NCBI RefSeq assembly: GCF_030684315.1
Contig: NC_081362.1
Span: 64,522,586-64,586,585 of the forward strand
Reading direction: 5' to 3'
DNA: 64,000 nt
Origin: Stegostoma tigrinum
Taxonomy: Eukaryota
The notes under the pieces: model-generated
The model's input: the letters and a program-made list of their open reading frames with translations, nothing else
Databases searched by the model: none
Told to the model about the DNA's origin: nothing
Translations under genes and position numbers: made by a program
Shown: positions 25,810 through 38,640 of the stretch, piece after piece
Position numbering within the stretch: position 1 is the first letter of the stretch
Layout: each line of letters opens with the position of its first letter

Positions 25810-26760
25810 AGTGATGTGGTTGACAGGGCTCTTAGCTGAGTCTGGCGCATCTCCCTCACTTCTGCTCTCACCCCTTCCCTTCCATTCCACAACAGTGATA
25901 GGGTCACCTGGTCTCACTTACCATTCCACGAGCATCCACATGCAAAGGATCATTAGCTGCCATTTCTGTCACATTGAACAATTTGCCATGAGCAGGAACA
26001 TATTCCCCTTCTCTCCCTTGTCTGAATTCTACAGAGACTGTTCCCTCTGGGACACCCTGGATAATTGCTCCTCCATTCCCGAAAGTCCCCACACTCCCAC
26101 AGCATCTTTCCATGCGACTGGCAGTTTGCTTCCCCCTCCTCAGTATCCAAGGCCCTAGACACACCTTCTATGTAAAGCAGCCATCTATTCACACTTCATT
26201 CAATCTACTGTATTCAGTGCTCACAATGTGGTCTTCTCTTTACTGAGGAGGTAAAATGCAGACTTGGTGAGTGGTTTATGGAACACCTATGTTCTATGTG
26301 TAAAAATGGCTCTGAGCTTGCAGTTACCTCCCCACTTAAGCACACCACAGTGTTCCCATTTTTGTTGCAGGTCTGCTGCAGTGTTCCAGCGAGCATCAGC
26401 ATAAGCTTGAGGAATAATATTTCCTTTTCCACTTGGGGACCCTGCAGCCTCTAACACTCCCAACACTGAGTTCAGAAACTTTAGAGCCTGTTTCCATCCT
26501 TCCACATTTTTTTACCCTCTTTTTTCCCTCCACTCAGTTCAGTCATGCCATAGATTACTTACAGAACAGCCAGCCCATTCTCACTCAATCTCAGCTCTTA
26601 TTGTCACTTACTCAGCTTCTTATCCATCCTGGCTTACTGTCAATAGTCCCCTCATCTGCCTATACCTTTCATAGCTCTCTCTTTTTGAACTCTGTCTCCA
26701 CGTATCCATTCATCTCTCCCCTCACACTCCTTGAACCTTCCTTCAGCATAAACAAGGCTA
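25810..26760 (+). mobile_element. Highly degenerate Neptune-type PLE fragment
   Basis: Remnants HMQRIISCHFCH, PLSEFYRDCSLWDTL and YCIQCSQCGLLFTEEVKCRLGEWFMEH align by eye with the 17319-18188 ORF. Confidence 0.7.
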
Positions 26761-26939
26761 TGCCATCACACTGGCCCTCCTCTCCAACTTCCTCACTGCA
26801 ATGCTGCATGTCATTTCCCACAGATCCCCCACAGGCACAGTTCTTTCTTCAAAGCATATTAGAAAATAAGCCTTCTGTAAGCTCCAAAGACACAAAGTTC
26901 GTCTTCCATCTAGCTCCCATAGCACAACATCTCCCCTCT

Positions 26940-27182
26940 TAGAATCCCTACAGGCCCTTCAACCCAACAAATTCACACTGCCCCTCGGAGCATCCCACCC
27001 AGGCCTATCCCTAAACACACATCTTTGGACTGAGGGAGGAAATCAGAGCATCCAGAGGAAACCCACGCAGACACAGAGGAAAATGTGCCAACTCCACACA
27101 GACAGTCACCTGAGGGTGGAATCGAACCCGGGTTCCTGGCACTATGAGACAGCAGTGCTAACCTCTGAGCTACTTTGCCATC
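26940..27182 (-). mobile_element. HE1/V-type SINE with internal deletion
   Basis: B box GGTTCGATTCC on the minus strand; same core. Confidence 0.8.
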
Positions 27183-27184
27183 TC

Positions 27185-27825
27185 ATGAATTAAAATCAGC
27201 AACGAGACCCTGGAAAAGGTGGGACATTTTTCTATATTTGGAGTGTTTCTACTCAATTAAGGCAGACTGGACAACAAAATTGGATTTGCCTCTAACACGT
27301 CAGCTCAGACTTTGATCAAAAGGGAAAGACAGCATTAAACGATCAGTATCTGAAACTCAATGCTAAGATCATGGTTCACTAGGCTATAGTTACCACCGTA
27401 TTTATTAAGTGCTTATAGATGTGGACACTCTGCAGCAGGCATGTCATTGTCCTAGAGAAACACCTTCAACAGTGTCTTCAGAAGATCCTTCAAACTTGCT
27501 GGCATGAAAGAGGACTTTTTTTTAAGGCAACACCATGAACTAATTACTCAGTACCTACTCCACAGGGTAGACATATCATTCCCAAAACAACTGTTTTGTA
27601 CAAAACTCAGTTACAGCAGGAGACTCTCAGGAAAATGGCGAAAATATTTTAGGGGTGAGCTCAAGTATCCGTGAAGAAGCCAAACATGCTCACCAACTCA
27701 TAGGTGTCCCTGGCTTGTACCAAATCGATACAGAGAAGTTTCATTTAGAAAGGCACTGAACCCAAGGAGGAAAGGCAAAGGTGAAATTGACATGTCAGAG
27801 ATTGACCAAACTTTCTGGTTTGCCC
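27185..27825 (+). mobile_element. Old RTE-like LINE 3' fragment, resuming at ~32185-32290 after the CR1
   Basis: KVGHFLYLG, LEKHLQQCLQKILQTCW, IPKQLF remnants; terminal CPACVR...IALISYLSTH. Confidence 0.55.
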
Positions 27826-28238
27826 AGATTTCTGGTTGCAGCAGTGGCGTGAGCGGGAGCCTGGACCAGTGGCCTGTCGGGAAGCCGGTGAGTCACTGTT
27901 TTTGAATCTATAAAAAGCTGATCTTGAGTGTCGGTGCCTTCCATTTCTGGTTGAGCAGTGGCGCGAGCGGGAGCTTGGATCAGGGGCCTGTTGGGAAGCC
28001 GGTGAGTCACTGTTTTTGAGTCTATAAAAAGCTTACCTCGATCAGCAGCACCTCGGAGCAGAGGTTTCTGGGAAGGGAGTGACCTTTTTTTCATCCCTCA
28101 GCTATATAACTGATTGCTGTGTAAACCCGAGACCCTACCCTTGTAGGGCCTCCCAGCCATCCACCTCCTCTAAACTTATACACCAGGGACAAATCAAGGT
28201 AAGCTTTTTTTAAATTTCTGTTTAGGGGATTAGCAGGG

Positions 28239-29151
28239 ATGGCAGTGCAGGTAGAGGAATGTTCCTCCTGCACGATGTATGAGGTGAGGGACGCCATTAG
28301 TGTCCCATCCAAATACGTCTGCAGGAAGTGCACCCAACTCTTGCTCCTCCAAGGCCGCATTGGGGAACTGGACCAGGAGCTGGATGAACTTCAGACCATT
28401 CAGGAGGCAGAGTCAGTGATAGACAAGAGTTTCAGGGAAGTAGTACCTCCAAAGCGTGAAGAAAGCTGGGTAACGGTTAGAAGGGGGAAGAAGCAGTCAG
28501 TGCAGGGAGCCCCTGTGGTCGTTCCCCTGAAAAACAAGTGTACTGTTTTGGATACTGTGGGCGGGGGGGGGTGGGGGTGGGGTGCAGGCCTCTGGCACAG
28601 AGTCTGTCCCTCTTGCACAGAAGGGAAGGGGGGACAGGAAGAGAGTGATAGTCACTGGGGACTCAATAGTTAGAGAAACTGATAGAAGGTTTGCCGGGAA
28701 CGAAAGAGACTCACGGTCGGTGTGTTGCCTCCCAGGTGCCAGGGTCCATGATGTCTCGGATCGTGTCTTTGGGGTCCTGAGGGGAGAGGGTGACCAGCCC
28801 CAAGTCGTGGTCCACGTAGGAACCAACAACATAGGTAGTAAGAGGGATAGGGATGTCAGGCAGGATTTCAGGGAGCCAGGGTGGAAGTTGAGAGCTAGAA
28901 TAAACAGAGTGGTTATCTCTGGTTTGTTACTCGTGCCACGTGATAGCGAGGCAAAGAACAGGAAGAGATTTCAGCTGAACACACGGCTGCAGGGATGGTG
29001 CAGGAGGGAGGGCTTTAGGTACATGGACAATTGGGGCTCATTCTGGGGAAGGTGGGTCCTCTACAAACAGGACGGTCTCCACTTGAACCAGAGGGGCACT
29101 AAGATCCTGGGAGGGAAATTCACTAGTGCTATTCGGGTGGATTTAAACTAG
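28239..29151 (+). pseudogene. CR1 ORF1 (CxxC...CxxC zinc finger, coiled coil, SGNH esterase), frameshifted at a G-run near 28560-28585
   Basis: CSSCTMY...CRKCTQLLLLQGRIGELDQEL; VTGDSIVR, CCLPGA, HVGTNNIG, DGLHLN blocks split over ORFs 28239-28673 and 28582-29151. Confidence 0.88.
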
Positions 29152-29216
29152 CTCAGAAGTGGGATGGGAAACTGAGGTGTAGTCCTAGTACACAGGAGAA
29201 TGAGCGTAGGGAGAAC

Positions 29217-32084
29217 ATGGTCAGGACCTCACTGTCGCAGGAGTGTGCTGGCAGACAGCAAGCTGGATTGAAGTGTGTCTACTTTAATGCCAGGAGTATC
29301 TGGAATAAGGTAGGTGAGCTTGCAGCTTGGATAGGTACCTGGGACTTCGATGTTGTGGCCATTTCGGAGACATGGATAGAGCAGGGTCAGGAATGGATGT
29401 TGCAGGTTCCAGAGTTTAGATCTTTCATTAAGGTCAGGGAAGGTGGGAAAAGAGGGGGAGGTGTGGCTTTGTTGGTCAAGGACAGTATAACGGTGGCTGA
29501 AAGAACCTTTGATGAGGACTAGTCTACTGAGGTGGCATGGGCTGAGGTTGCTGAGGGAGGTTTGTCGACTGAGTCAGTATGGGTGGAAGTTAGGAACAGC
29601 AAGGGAGTAGTCACCTCACTGGGGGTTTTCTACAGACCCCCAAATAGCAGTAGGGAGATCGAAGAACTCATTGGCCGGCAAATTGTTGAAAAGTGCAAAC
29701 ATAGCAGGGTTGTTGTTATGGGTGACTTCAACTTTCGCAGTGAAGACTGGAACCTCCTTCGTGCAGATGGTTTGGATGGAGCCGTTTTTGTCAGGTGTGT
29801 TCAGGAGGGTTTCCTTACTCAGTATGTGGACAGGCCGACGAGGGGAAGGGGGCATTTTGGATTTGGTGCTCGGCAATGAGCCAGGACAGGTGTCATATTT
29901 CGTGGTGGGAGAACACTTTGGCGACAGTGACCACAACAGCCTCATATTTACCATAGCCATGGAAAGGGAAAGGAGCAGTTACCAGGGGAAGATATTTCAC
30001 TGGGGTAAAGGAAACTATGATGCTATCAAACAGGAGTTGGAAAGTACAGATTGGGAGCAATTGTTCCACAGAAAGGGCACAGCAGACATGTGGAGGCTGT
30101 TTAAGGAGCAGTTGTTGCGAGTGATGTATAAATTTGTTCCTCTGAGACAGGTAAGAAGGGGTAAGATTAAGGAGCCTTGGATGACGGGTACAGAGGTGTT
30201 TCTTGTCAAAAAGAAAAAGACAGCGTACGTAAGGTGGAGGAAGCAAGGGTCTAGCACAGCTTTTGAGGATTACAGGCTTGCTCAGAAGGAGCTCAAAAGT
30301 GGAATGAGGAGGGCCAGGAGGGGGCACGAAAAAGGCTTGGCAGGAAGGATTAGGGAGAACCCGAAGGCATTTTACTCATACGTGAGGAATAAGGGAATGA
30401 TCAGGGAGAAGGTAGGGCCGATCAGGGATAGCATAGGGAACTTCTGCGTGGAGTCTGAACAGATAGGGGAAGCCCTAAATGAGTTTTTTGCTTCGGTTTT
30501 CACTAAGGAAAGGGACCTTGTTGTGAATGAGAACTTTGAGGAGCAGGAAAACAGGCATTAACAGATCAAGATTGAGGAAGTTGATGTGCTGGAAATTTTG
30601 GCAAACATTAAGATTGATAAGTCCCCAGGGCCAGACCAGATTTATCCTAGGTTGCTCCGGGAAGTGAGAAAGGAGGTTGCTAAGCCGCTGGCGAAGATCT
30701 TTGCTTCCTCACTCTCCACGGGAGTCGTACCGGAAGATTGGAGGGAGGCAAATGTTGTTCCTCTTTTCAAGAAAGGGAATAGAGAAATCCCTGGAAATTA
30801 CAGACCAGTCAGTCTTATGTCTGTGGTCAGCAAGGTTTTGGAAAGAATTCTGAGGGTTAGGATTTATGACTATTTGGAAAAGCATGGAGTGATTAAAGGG
30901 AGTCAGCATGGCTTTGTGAGGGGCAGGTCATGCCTTACAAATCTTACTGAGTTCTTTGAGGAAGTCACGAGACAGGTTGATGAGGGTCGAGCAGTGGATG
31001 TGGTGTACATGGACTTCAGCAAGGCATTTGATAAGGTTCCCCACGGCAGGCTCATTCATAAAGTCAGGAAGTATGGGATACAGGGTGATTTAGCTGTCTG
31101 GATTCAGAATTGGTTGGCTGACAGGAGGCAGAGAGTGGTTGTGGATGGTAAGTATTCTGCCTGGAGATCAGTGCTGAGTGGTGTCCCGCAGGGCTCTGTT
31201 TTGGGCCTCTGCTCTTTGTAGTTTTTATAAATGACTTCGATGAGGAGGTTGAGGGGTGGGTTAGTATGTTCGCTGATGACACAAAGGTTGGAGGTGCCGT
31301 TGATAGTATCGAGGGCTATTGCAGGCTTCACTGAGAAACTGACAGAATGCAGATTTGGGCTGAGAAATGGCAGATGGAGTTCAACCTGGATAAATGCGAA
31401 GTGATGCATTTTGGAAGGTCGAACTTAAATGCTGAATATAGGATTAAAGGCCGGATTCTCGGCAGTGTGGAGGAACAGCGGGATCTTGGTGTTCAAGTGC
31501 ATAGCTCCCTCAAAGTTGCCACCCAAGTGGATAAGGTTGTTAAGAAAGCATATGGTGTTTTGGCTTTCATTAACAGGGGGATTGAGTTTAAGAGCCGTGA
31601 GGTTATGCTGCAGCTCTACAAAACTCTGGTGAGACCACACTTGGAATATTGTGTCCAGTTCTGGTTGCCCTATTACAGGAAAGATGTGGAGGCTTTGGAG
31701 AGGGTGCAAAGGAGGTTTGCCAGGATGCTGCCTGGACTGGAGGGCTTGTCTTACGAGGAGAGGTTGACTGAGCTCGGACTTTTCTCTCTGGAGAGAAGGA
31801 GGAAGACAGGTGACCTGATCGAGGTGTACAAGGTAATGAGAGGCATTGATAGAGTCGATAGCCAGAGACTTTTCCCCAGGGCAGGATTGACTGCCACGAG
31901 GGGTCATAGTTTTAAGGAGTTAGGAGGAAGGTATACAGGAGACGTCAGAGGGAGGTTCTTCACCCAGAGAGTTGTGAGCGCATGGAATAGTTTACCAGTG
32001 GTAGTCGGGGAAACTGAGTCATTAGTGACATTTAAGCGACTGCTGGACATGTACATGGACAGCAGTGAATTGAGGGGAATGTAG
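29217..32084 (+). pseudogene. CR1 ORF2 (AP endonuclease plus reverse transcriptase) with stops and frameshifts
   Basis: YFNARSI, ISETW, FYRPP, MGDFN, SDHN; KSPGPD, NYRPVSL, QHGF, DFSKAFDKV, GVPQGSVLG, FADD; stops at 29520-29522, 30559-30561 and ~31333 plus frameshifts. Confidence 0.92.
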
Positions 32085-32380
32085 GTTAGGTTATTTTATT
32101 TTTGGATTAGGATTATTCCGTGGCAGAACATCATGGGCCGAAGGGCCTGTACTGTGCTGTACTTTTCTATGTTCTATGTTCTAACTTCCATAAAACTCAT
32201 CTGCCAGACCCTCTAGCATGAAATGCCCTGCTTGTGTCAGAGTTCGAAAATTGCCCATTGCACTTATCAGCTATCTAAGTACACACCAAACCAGAGTGGA
32301 AGTAAGTCTTCCTCAATTCCAAGGAACCAGAAGCTGGGAATACTGCGGGGAGTAATTCACCTCCTGACTCCTCAAAGCCT

Positions 32381-32602
32381 GTAAGACAAGCCCTCCAGTC
32401 CAGGCAGCATCCTGGTAAACCTCCATTGTACCCTCTCCAAAGCCTCCACATCTTTCCTGTAATAGGGCAACCAGGACTGGACACAATATTCCAAGTGTGG
32501 TCTCACCAGGGTTTTGTAGAGCTGCAGCATAACCTTGTGGCTCTTAAACTCGATCCCCCTGTTAATGAACGCCAAAACACCATATGCTTTCTTAACAACC
32601 TT
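32381..32602 (-). mobile_element. Tail-less internal CR1 fragment, inverted copy of 31533-31754
   Basis: KVVKKAYGVLAFINRG...LPGLEGLSY; 222 bp, about 10 substitutions by eye and no indels. Confidence 0.9.
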
Positions 32603-33496
32603 GTGCCATCTACAAGGCACAAGTCAGGTGTGATGGAATGCTCCCCACTTGCCTGGATGAGTGTAACCCCAACAACACAGAAGACGCTTGACAGAATCCA
32701 GGACAAAGCAGCCCAGTTGATTGGCACCACATCCACGAACATTCACTCCTTCCAGCAACGACATACAGTAGCAGCAGTGAGTACTATCTACAAGATGCAC
32801 TGCAGAAATTCACCAAAGATCCCCAGACAGCACCTTCCAAACCCTCAAACACTTCCATCTAGAAGGACTAGGACAGCAGATATATGTGAACACCACCACC
32901 TCCAAATCACTCACCATCCTGACTTGGAAATATATCGCTATTCCTTTGCTGTCGCTGGGTCAAAATTCTGGAATTCCCTCCCTAAAGCATTGTGGGTCAA
33001 CCCACAGCAGGAGGACTGCAGCAGTTCAAGGAGGCAGCTCACCACCACCTTCTGAAGGGCAACTAGGAATGGGCAAGAAATGCTGGCCAGCCAGTGATGC
33101 CCACATCCCACAACTGAATAGAAAAAAAAACTGCCTTCGAAAGAAAACGAATATCTCTAAATACCTCCAATCAAGTATTTACTTTAGCCACATGCATTCT
33201 TGGCAAATACCTTGTATTGTATTGCTTGTGCCTCTCTTCCAGCACATAACTCACATTATCATTACACTTTTGTTTTCTCTACAATATATCAATCACCTTT
33301 GCTCACATTTTATCTCAGATTTTTTGCCTTTCTTTTTCTTATCATTTAGTTACATTGCTCAGTTGATAAAAGTTAATTTTCTCTTCCTTCTTTTAACCTT
33401 CACCACTCTTCGTCTCCAATCTTTTTGCCTTTTAAAATAAATTGCAATAAGATTTTCTACTTTGCTTTGAATAATAAAATGGCATTAAGATAAGTA

Positions 33497-34572
33497 TAAC
33501 GTGGAGGTGCTGGTGTTGGACTGGGATAGACAAAGTCAGAAGTCACTTGACACCAGTTATAGTTTAACAGGTTTATTTACAGTCACAACCTTTCCATGCA
33601 TTACTCCTGCATTGGGCGAAGTGGAGAGGGGCATTCAGGTGCAGAATATATAGCGGAGAGAGAAATACTCATGCTATTTGTACTTATCTGTTGACACACG
33701 TAATGACCTGTAATCATCTTATTATCTCTCTGCCTATATATTCTGTGCCTGTGTGCCCCTCTCCAGCTCAACTGACAAAGGAGCAATGCTATGAAAGCTT
33801 GGGTTGGGCAATAACCTGGTGTCAGATGCTGGAGAATCCGAGATAACAAAGTTTTAGAGCTGGATGAACACAGCAGGCCAAGCAGCATCTCAGGAGCACA
33901 AAAGCTGACGTTTCGGGCTTAGACCCTTCATCAGAAAAGGAGGATGGGGAGAGGGCTCTGAAATAAATAGGGAGAGAGTGGGAGGCGGATCGAAGATGGA
34001 TAGAGGAGAAGATAAGTGGAGAGGAGACAGACAGGTCAAAGAGGCAGGGATGGAGCCAGTAGAGGTGAGTATAGGTGGGGAGGTGGGGAGGGATAATGGG
34101 AGCTGCAGATGCTGGGGAATCCGAGATAACAAAGTGTGGAGCTGGATGAACACAGCAGGCCAAGCAGCATCTTAGGAGCACAAAAGCTGACGTTTTGGGC
34201 CAAGACCCTTCATCAGAAAAGCTAGGGGCTGCACCCCCATTTTCTTCCTACTAACCTCATCCCGCCCCCTTGACCTGTCTGTCCTCCCCGGACTGACCTA
34301 TCTCCTCCCTACCTCCCCACCTACAGTCACCTGTACAGGCTCCATCCCTGCCTCTTTGACCTGTCTGTCTCCTCTCCACCTATCTTCTCCTCTGTTCACT
34401 TTCGATCCGCCTACTCCTCTCTCCCTGTTTACTTCAGAACCCTCTTCCCGTCCCCCATTTCTGATGAAGGGTTTAGGCCTGAAACTTCAGCTTTCCTGCT
34501 CCTAAGATGCTGCTGGGCCTGCTGTGTTCGTCCAGCTCAACACTTTGTTAACCTGGTGTCATGTGACTTCTG
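33497..34572. mobile_element. Older inverted element of a different, probably PLE family, hosting the 33825-34548 insertion
   Basis: Inverted ends tcagaagtcacttgacaccagttat / ataacctggtgtcatgtgacttctga; decayed hammerhead-like ctgacaaaggagcaatgctatgaaagctt at ~33772-33800; 13-bp TSD attaagataagta at 33484-33496 and 34573-34585. Confidence 0.7.
33825..34548. mobile_element. Compound PLE terminal-repeat insertion (two tandem minus copies, one plus copy)
   Basis: Hammerhead-like cores at 33907-33934(-), ~34188-34216(-), 34461-34488(+); 13-bp TSD taacctggtgtca at 33812-33824 and 34549-34561. Confidence 0.88.
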
Positions 34573-36069
34573 ATTAAGATAAGTAAAGAAAGTGTGACAT
34601 TTTGTATGGCATTTTGGCCATACACTAGGGTTGAACAACCTTTTACTCTCTGATGTAGATTGTATTGTTATAACATCTCACTATACTTGATTATTTTATA
34701 TATGCCAAACATTGTTGTAATATTCAAAAATGTGTTTTAGTTTTAACAACAAGTTCTTAAATTTTTAAAGTTTTAAAAATTGAATTAATGAAACTGACAT
34801 AATTGAAATTTGTAATTTTCGGAGGAGACTGGGCTGGGTGAATGTCAATACCATCTTGGGGTATCAATGTAAAACTAGGGGTCATAGTTTCAAAATAAAT
34901 GATGGCCATGTAAAAAAGAAATGAGTTTTTATTAACTCAGATGATTGTGAATTTTCAGAATTCCCCACTTTAAAAAGCAGTGATGCAGAATCTTTAAGTA
35001 TTTTTAAGGCAGAGGCAGATAGATTCTTGTTTACCAAGGGGGTGAAAGATTGTTGGGGATGTGCAAGGATGTATAGTGAGGATCAAATCAGAACAGCCGT
35101 GATCTTTTCGAATGGCAGAGCAGGCTGGAAAGACTGAGCAGTTTATTCCTGCTCCTTGTTCATATATTCTGTTCAAAAATGTAATGAAATATATTTACAT
35201 ATCTATTTACATAACATTAATTACATTTCTGTTTTAGCAGTGAGTTCAGTTATTTCCTTAAGAGCTGTACTAAGTTTCTCTGAGATCACTTCCCTTTTAC
35301 ATTTGTTGTACTGGTTGGCCTTAGCTAACTGATATCTTTTGAGTGAAGACTGGTTTTGTTCTATTTTTGTTCTCTGGAAACTTTCACAATTATCCATATT
35401 AGGCTAATTGGTTCAGAGTTGCCTGGTTTAACTTTACCTCCCTCAATGAACAAAGGTGTGATATTTTACTCTTCCAGTACTCAAACATAACTTCCATTTC
35501 CAGAGATGATTGAAAGATTGTGGTCAAATTCTTTGCTATTTCCTGTCTTACTTCCATTAATATTCAATGATGCTTTCCATCTGTATGTGGCACCGATTCT
35601 CTTTGATATTCAACAACCTTTTCACAAGTTTTTTTTAATCTATAGTAACCCTATTTCATTTATGTATCCTCTTGTCTTTTAAATCAGGAAATGGAAAGGA
35701 AAGGGGACCTTAAGAAAATGACATGGCACTGACAAGCCTCTGCACCCTGACGGATTTCATACTATGGTCTTCAGGAGTGGTTCATGAGATTTTGAAGCAT
35801 TGGTTCACATTTTCCAAAATTCCTTTGAATCAGAGTAGGTTTTAAACAATTTAAAAATACCTAATGTAATTCCTTCAATCAAAAGGGAGGGACAAGGAAG
35901 GCAACAACATTAACTTAACATCTGTCATAGGCAGAAGCTATTGCTAAAGATGTTATAACTGCGCAATTAGATAAATTAAAGGTCATCAGACAGAGTCAAC
36001 GTTATTTGGAGGTTTTGGGATTCTTTGAAGAATTAACACATGCTTACAAAAGAGAACCAGTGGATGTAG

Positions 36070-38640
36070 AATTTATCTACTGCCCTTGTCCATCCAGATG
36101 GAAGTGGTCGTGGATTTGGAAGGAACTGTCAAAAGAATCTGGCAAATTTCTGAAGGGCATCTTGTAGATAATACATACTAATGCCACTGAGAATCAGTGG
36201 TGTATAGAGATTTTGTTTGTGGACTTGGTGCCAGTCAAGCAGGCTGCTTTTTCACAGATGGTGTCAAGCTTCTTGAGTGTTCTTAAAGCTGGACTCAACC
36301 AGGCAAGTTGGGAGTATTCCACCACACTTCTGACTAGTGCCTTGTAGACAATAGACAGGCTTTGGGAATCATGAGGTGAATTACTTGCTGCAGTATTCCA
36401 AGCTACTGACCTGTCCTTGTTTTTATATGGCAAGTCTATTTGAATTTTTCATCAATTGTGATCTCCAGCACGTCAATAGTGGGTGATTCACTGATGGTAA
36501 TACCATTGAATGTCAAGAGGCGCTGGGAGATTGTCTTTTATTGAAGATGTCATTGCCTGACAATTGTGCAAAGTGTGGTGCAAATGTTATTTGCCACTTG
36601 TAGCCCAAGCCTGGAGATTGTCCAGATCTTGTTGCATTTGGACACAGGCTGTTTCTGTACCTAAGGAATCACGAATGGTGCTGAACATTGTGCAATCATC
36701 GGTGATCTTCCTCACTTCTTACATTATCATGGAGGGAAGGTCATTGATGAAGCAGCTGAAGGCGGTTCAGTTGAGAACACTACCCTGAAAAACTCCTGCA
36801 GAGGTGTCCTGGAGCTGAGATGATTGACCTCAAACAACCACAACATCCCCCTATGTGTCAAGCATGGCTTCAACTAGTGGAGAGTTTACCCTTTGATACC
36901 CATTGATTTCAGTTTTTCTGGGGCTCCTTGATGCCACACCCAGTTGAATGCAGCCTTGGTATCAAAGGCTGTCACTCCCACTTCACCTCTGGAATCCAGC
37001 TCTTTTGTCCAAGTTTGATCCCAGGCTGTAATGAGGTCAGGAGCTGAGTTTCCTGATAGAACCCAATTTTGCATCACTGAGCAGGTTATTATGAGCAAGT
37101 GTTGCTTGATAGCATTATTGAGGACACCTTCTATCATTTTACTAATGATTGAGAGTAGACTGATGGGACGATAATTGGCTAGGTTTGATTTGTCCTGCTG
37201 TTCAGATACAGGACACACCTGGGCAATTTTCCACATTGTCAGGTAAATGCCAGGCTTCTAACTATACTGGGAGAGCTTAGCTAGGTGAGCAACAAGTTCT
37301 CGAACACATGTCTTCTGTACTATTGACAGAATTTTGTCAAGATAATAAGCTTTGTAGTATCCAGTGTCTCCAGTCACTTCTTGACATCACTTCTACTGAA
37401 TTGAATGGAATGAAGACTGGTATCTGTAATATTGGGGACCACTGGAGGAAGCCAAAATGGATCATTCACTCAGCACTTCTGGCTGAAGAACGCTATAAAT
37501 GCTTCAGTCTTATCTTCTGCTCTAATGTATTGAGCTCACCTATCATTGATGATGAAGTTATTTGTGGAGCCTCCTCCTCCAGTGAGTTGTTTAATTGTCC
37601 ACCACCATTCATGACTGGATGTGGCCAGACTCCAGAGGTTATATCTGATCCATTGGTTGTGTGATCACTTATCTCTACCTATAACTTGCTGCTTATGCTG
37701 TTGGCATGCAAGTTGTCATCTTTTTCTTAGGTTGACACCTCATCTTCAGGTGTGTCCTGGTGCTGCTCCTGGCATGCCCTCCTGTACACTTCGTTAATGA
37801 GCATTGATCCACTGGCTTGATGGCAATAATTGAATGGGTAATATGCCAGGCCATGAGGTTGCAGATTGTGTTAGAATATGATTATATTACTGTTGATGGC
37901 CCACAGCATCTTCTAGATGTCCAGTGAAGTTGCTAAGTCTGTTCAAAGCCTGTCCTATTTAGCACAGTGATACTGCCATGCAACATGATGGAGGATATTC
38001 TCAATGTTAAGGTGGGACTCTGTCTCTTCAAGGATTGTGCAGTGGTCACTCTTACCAATAATCTTATTTTCATGGACAAACATATCTGCACCGGTAGATT
38101 GATTAGAATGTGTTCAAGTATGTTTTTCCCTCCAGTTGTTTTCCTCACCACCTGTTGCAGATTCAGTCGAGCAGCAATGTTCTTTAGAAGCTGACCAGTT
38201 CAAACGGGACTGCTGCTACAAACCAACCTTGTGTACATTTTGTGCCTTTGCCACCTCTGCTTCCTTCAAGTGTTATTCAATGTGGATGGGGTCTGATTGG
38301 AGGGAGGATGGCACATGGTACATTATAACTTGAAGCTCTGAGACATGGGGTCCAACACTGGGGTCTCTCAGGGCAACTTCATGCCAACCACATGGCTCAA
38401 CGTGCCACTACCTGTGTTCTGCTGGTGTGACAGAATATATCCGGAGATGACAATGCTGGTGTCTGGGATGTTGCCTTAAGATATGAATCCGTAAGTATGA
38501 CTATGTCAGGCTGATGCTTGACTAGTCTGTGAGACAGCTCTCCAAGTTTTGCCACTGGCCTCAAATGTTGGTAAGGTTGACAGAATTGTTTTTGCAGTTT
38601 CAGGTGCTCAGGTCCATCCCGTTTCATTTCTTTGTTGAGG
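36070..38640 (-). mobile_element. Degenerate APE-RT LINE of a second CR1/L2-superclade family (related pieces ~2010-2280, ~9125-9380, ~15100-15330, ~32290-33130)
   Basis: KLGELSHRLVKHQPDIVILTDS; WKIAQVCPV...NYRPISLLSIISK; AFDTKAAFNWVWHQG; YKALVRSVVEYSQLAW. Confidence 0.8.

Larger units (their letters stand above)
27826..32183 (+). mobile_element. Near-full-length, disabled CR1-clade LINE
   Basis: 5' UTR with duplicated unit, ORF1, APE-RT ORF2, 3' UTR gggccgaagggcctgt and (ttctatg)n tail ending ~32183. Confidence 0.93.

Noticed and set aside
28582-29151. Stand-alone SGNH esterase gene
   Set aside because: Standard CR1 ORF1 domain, frameshifted and followed by ORF2.
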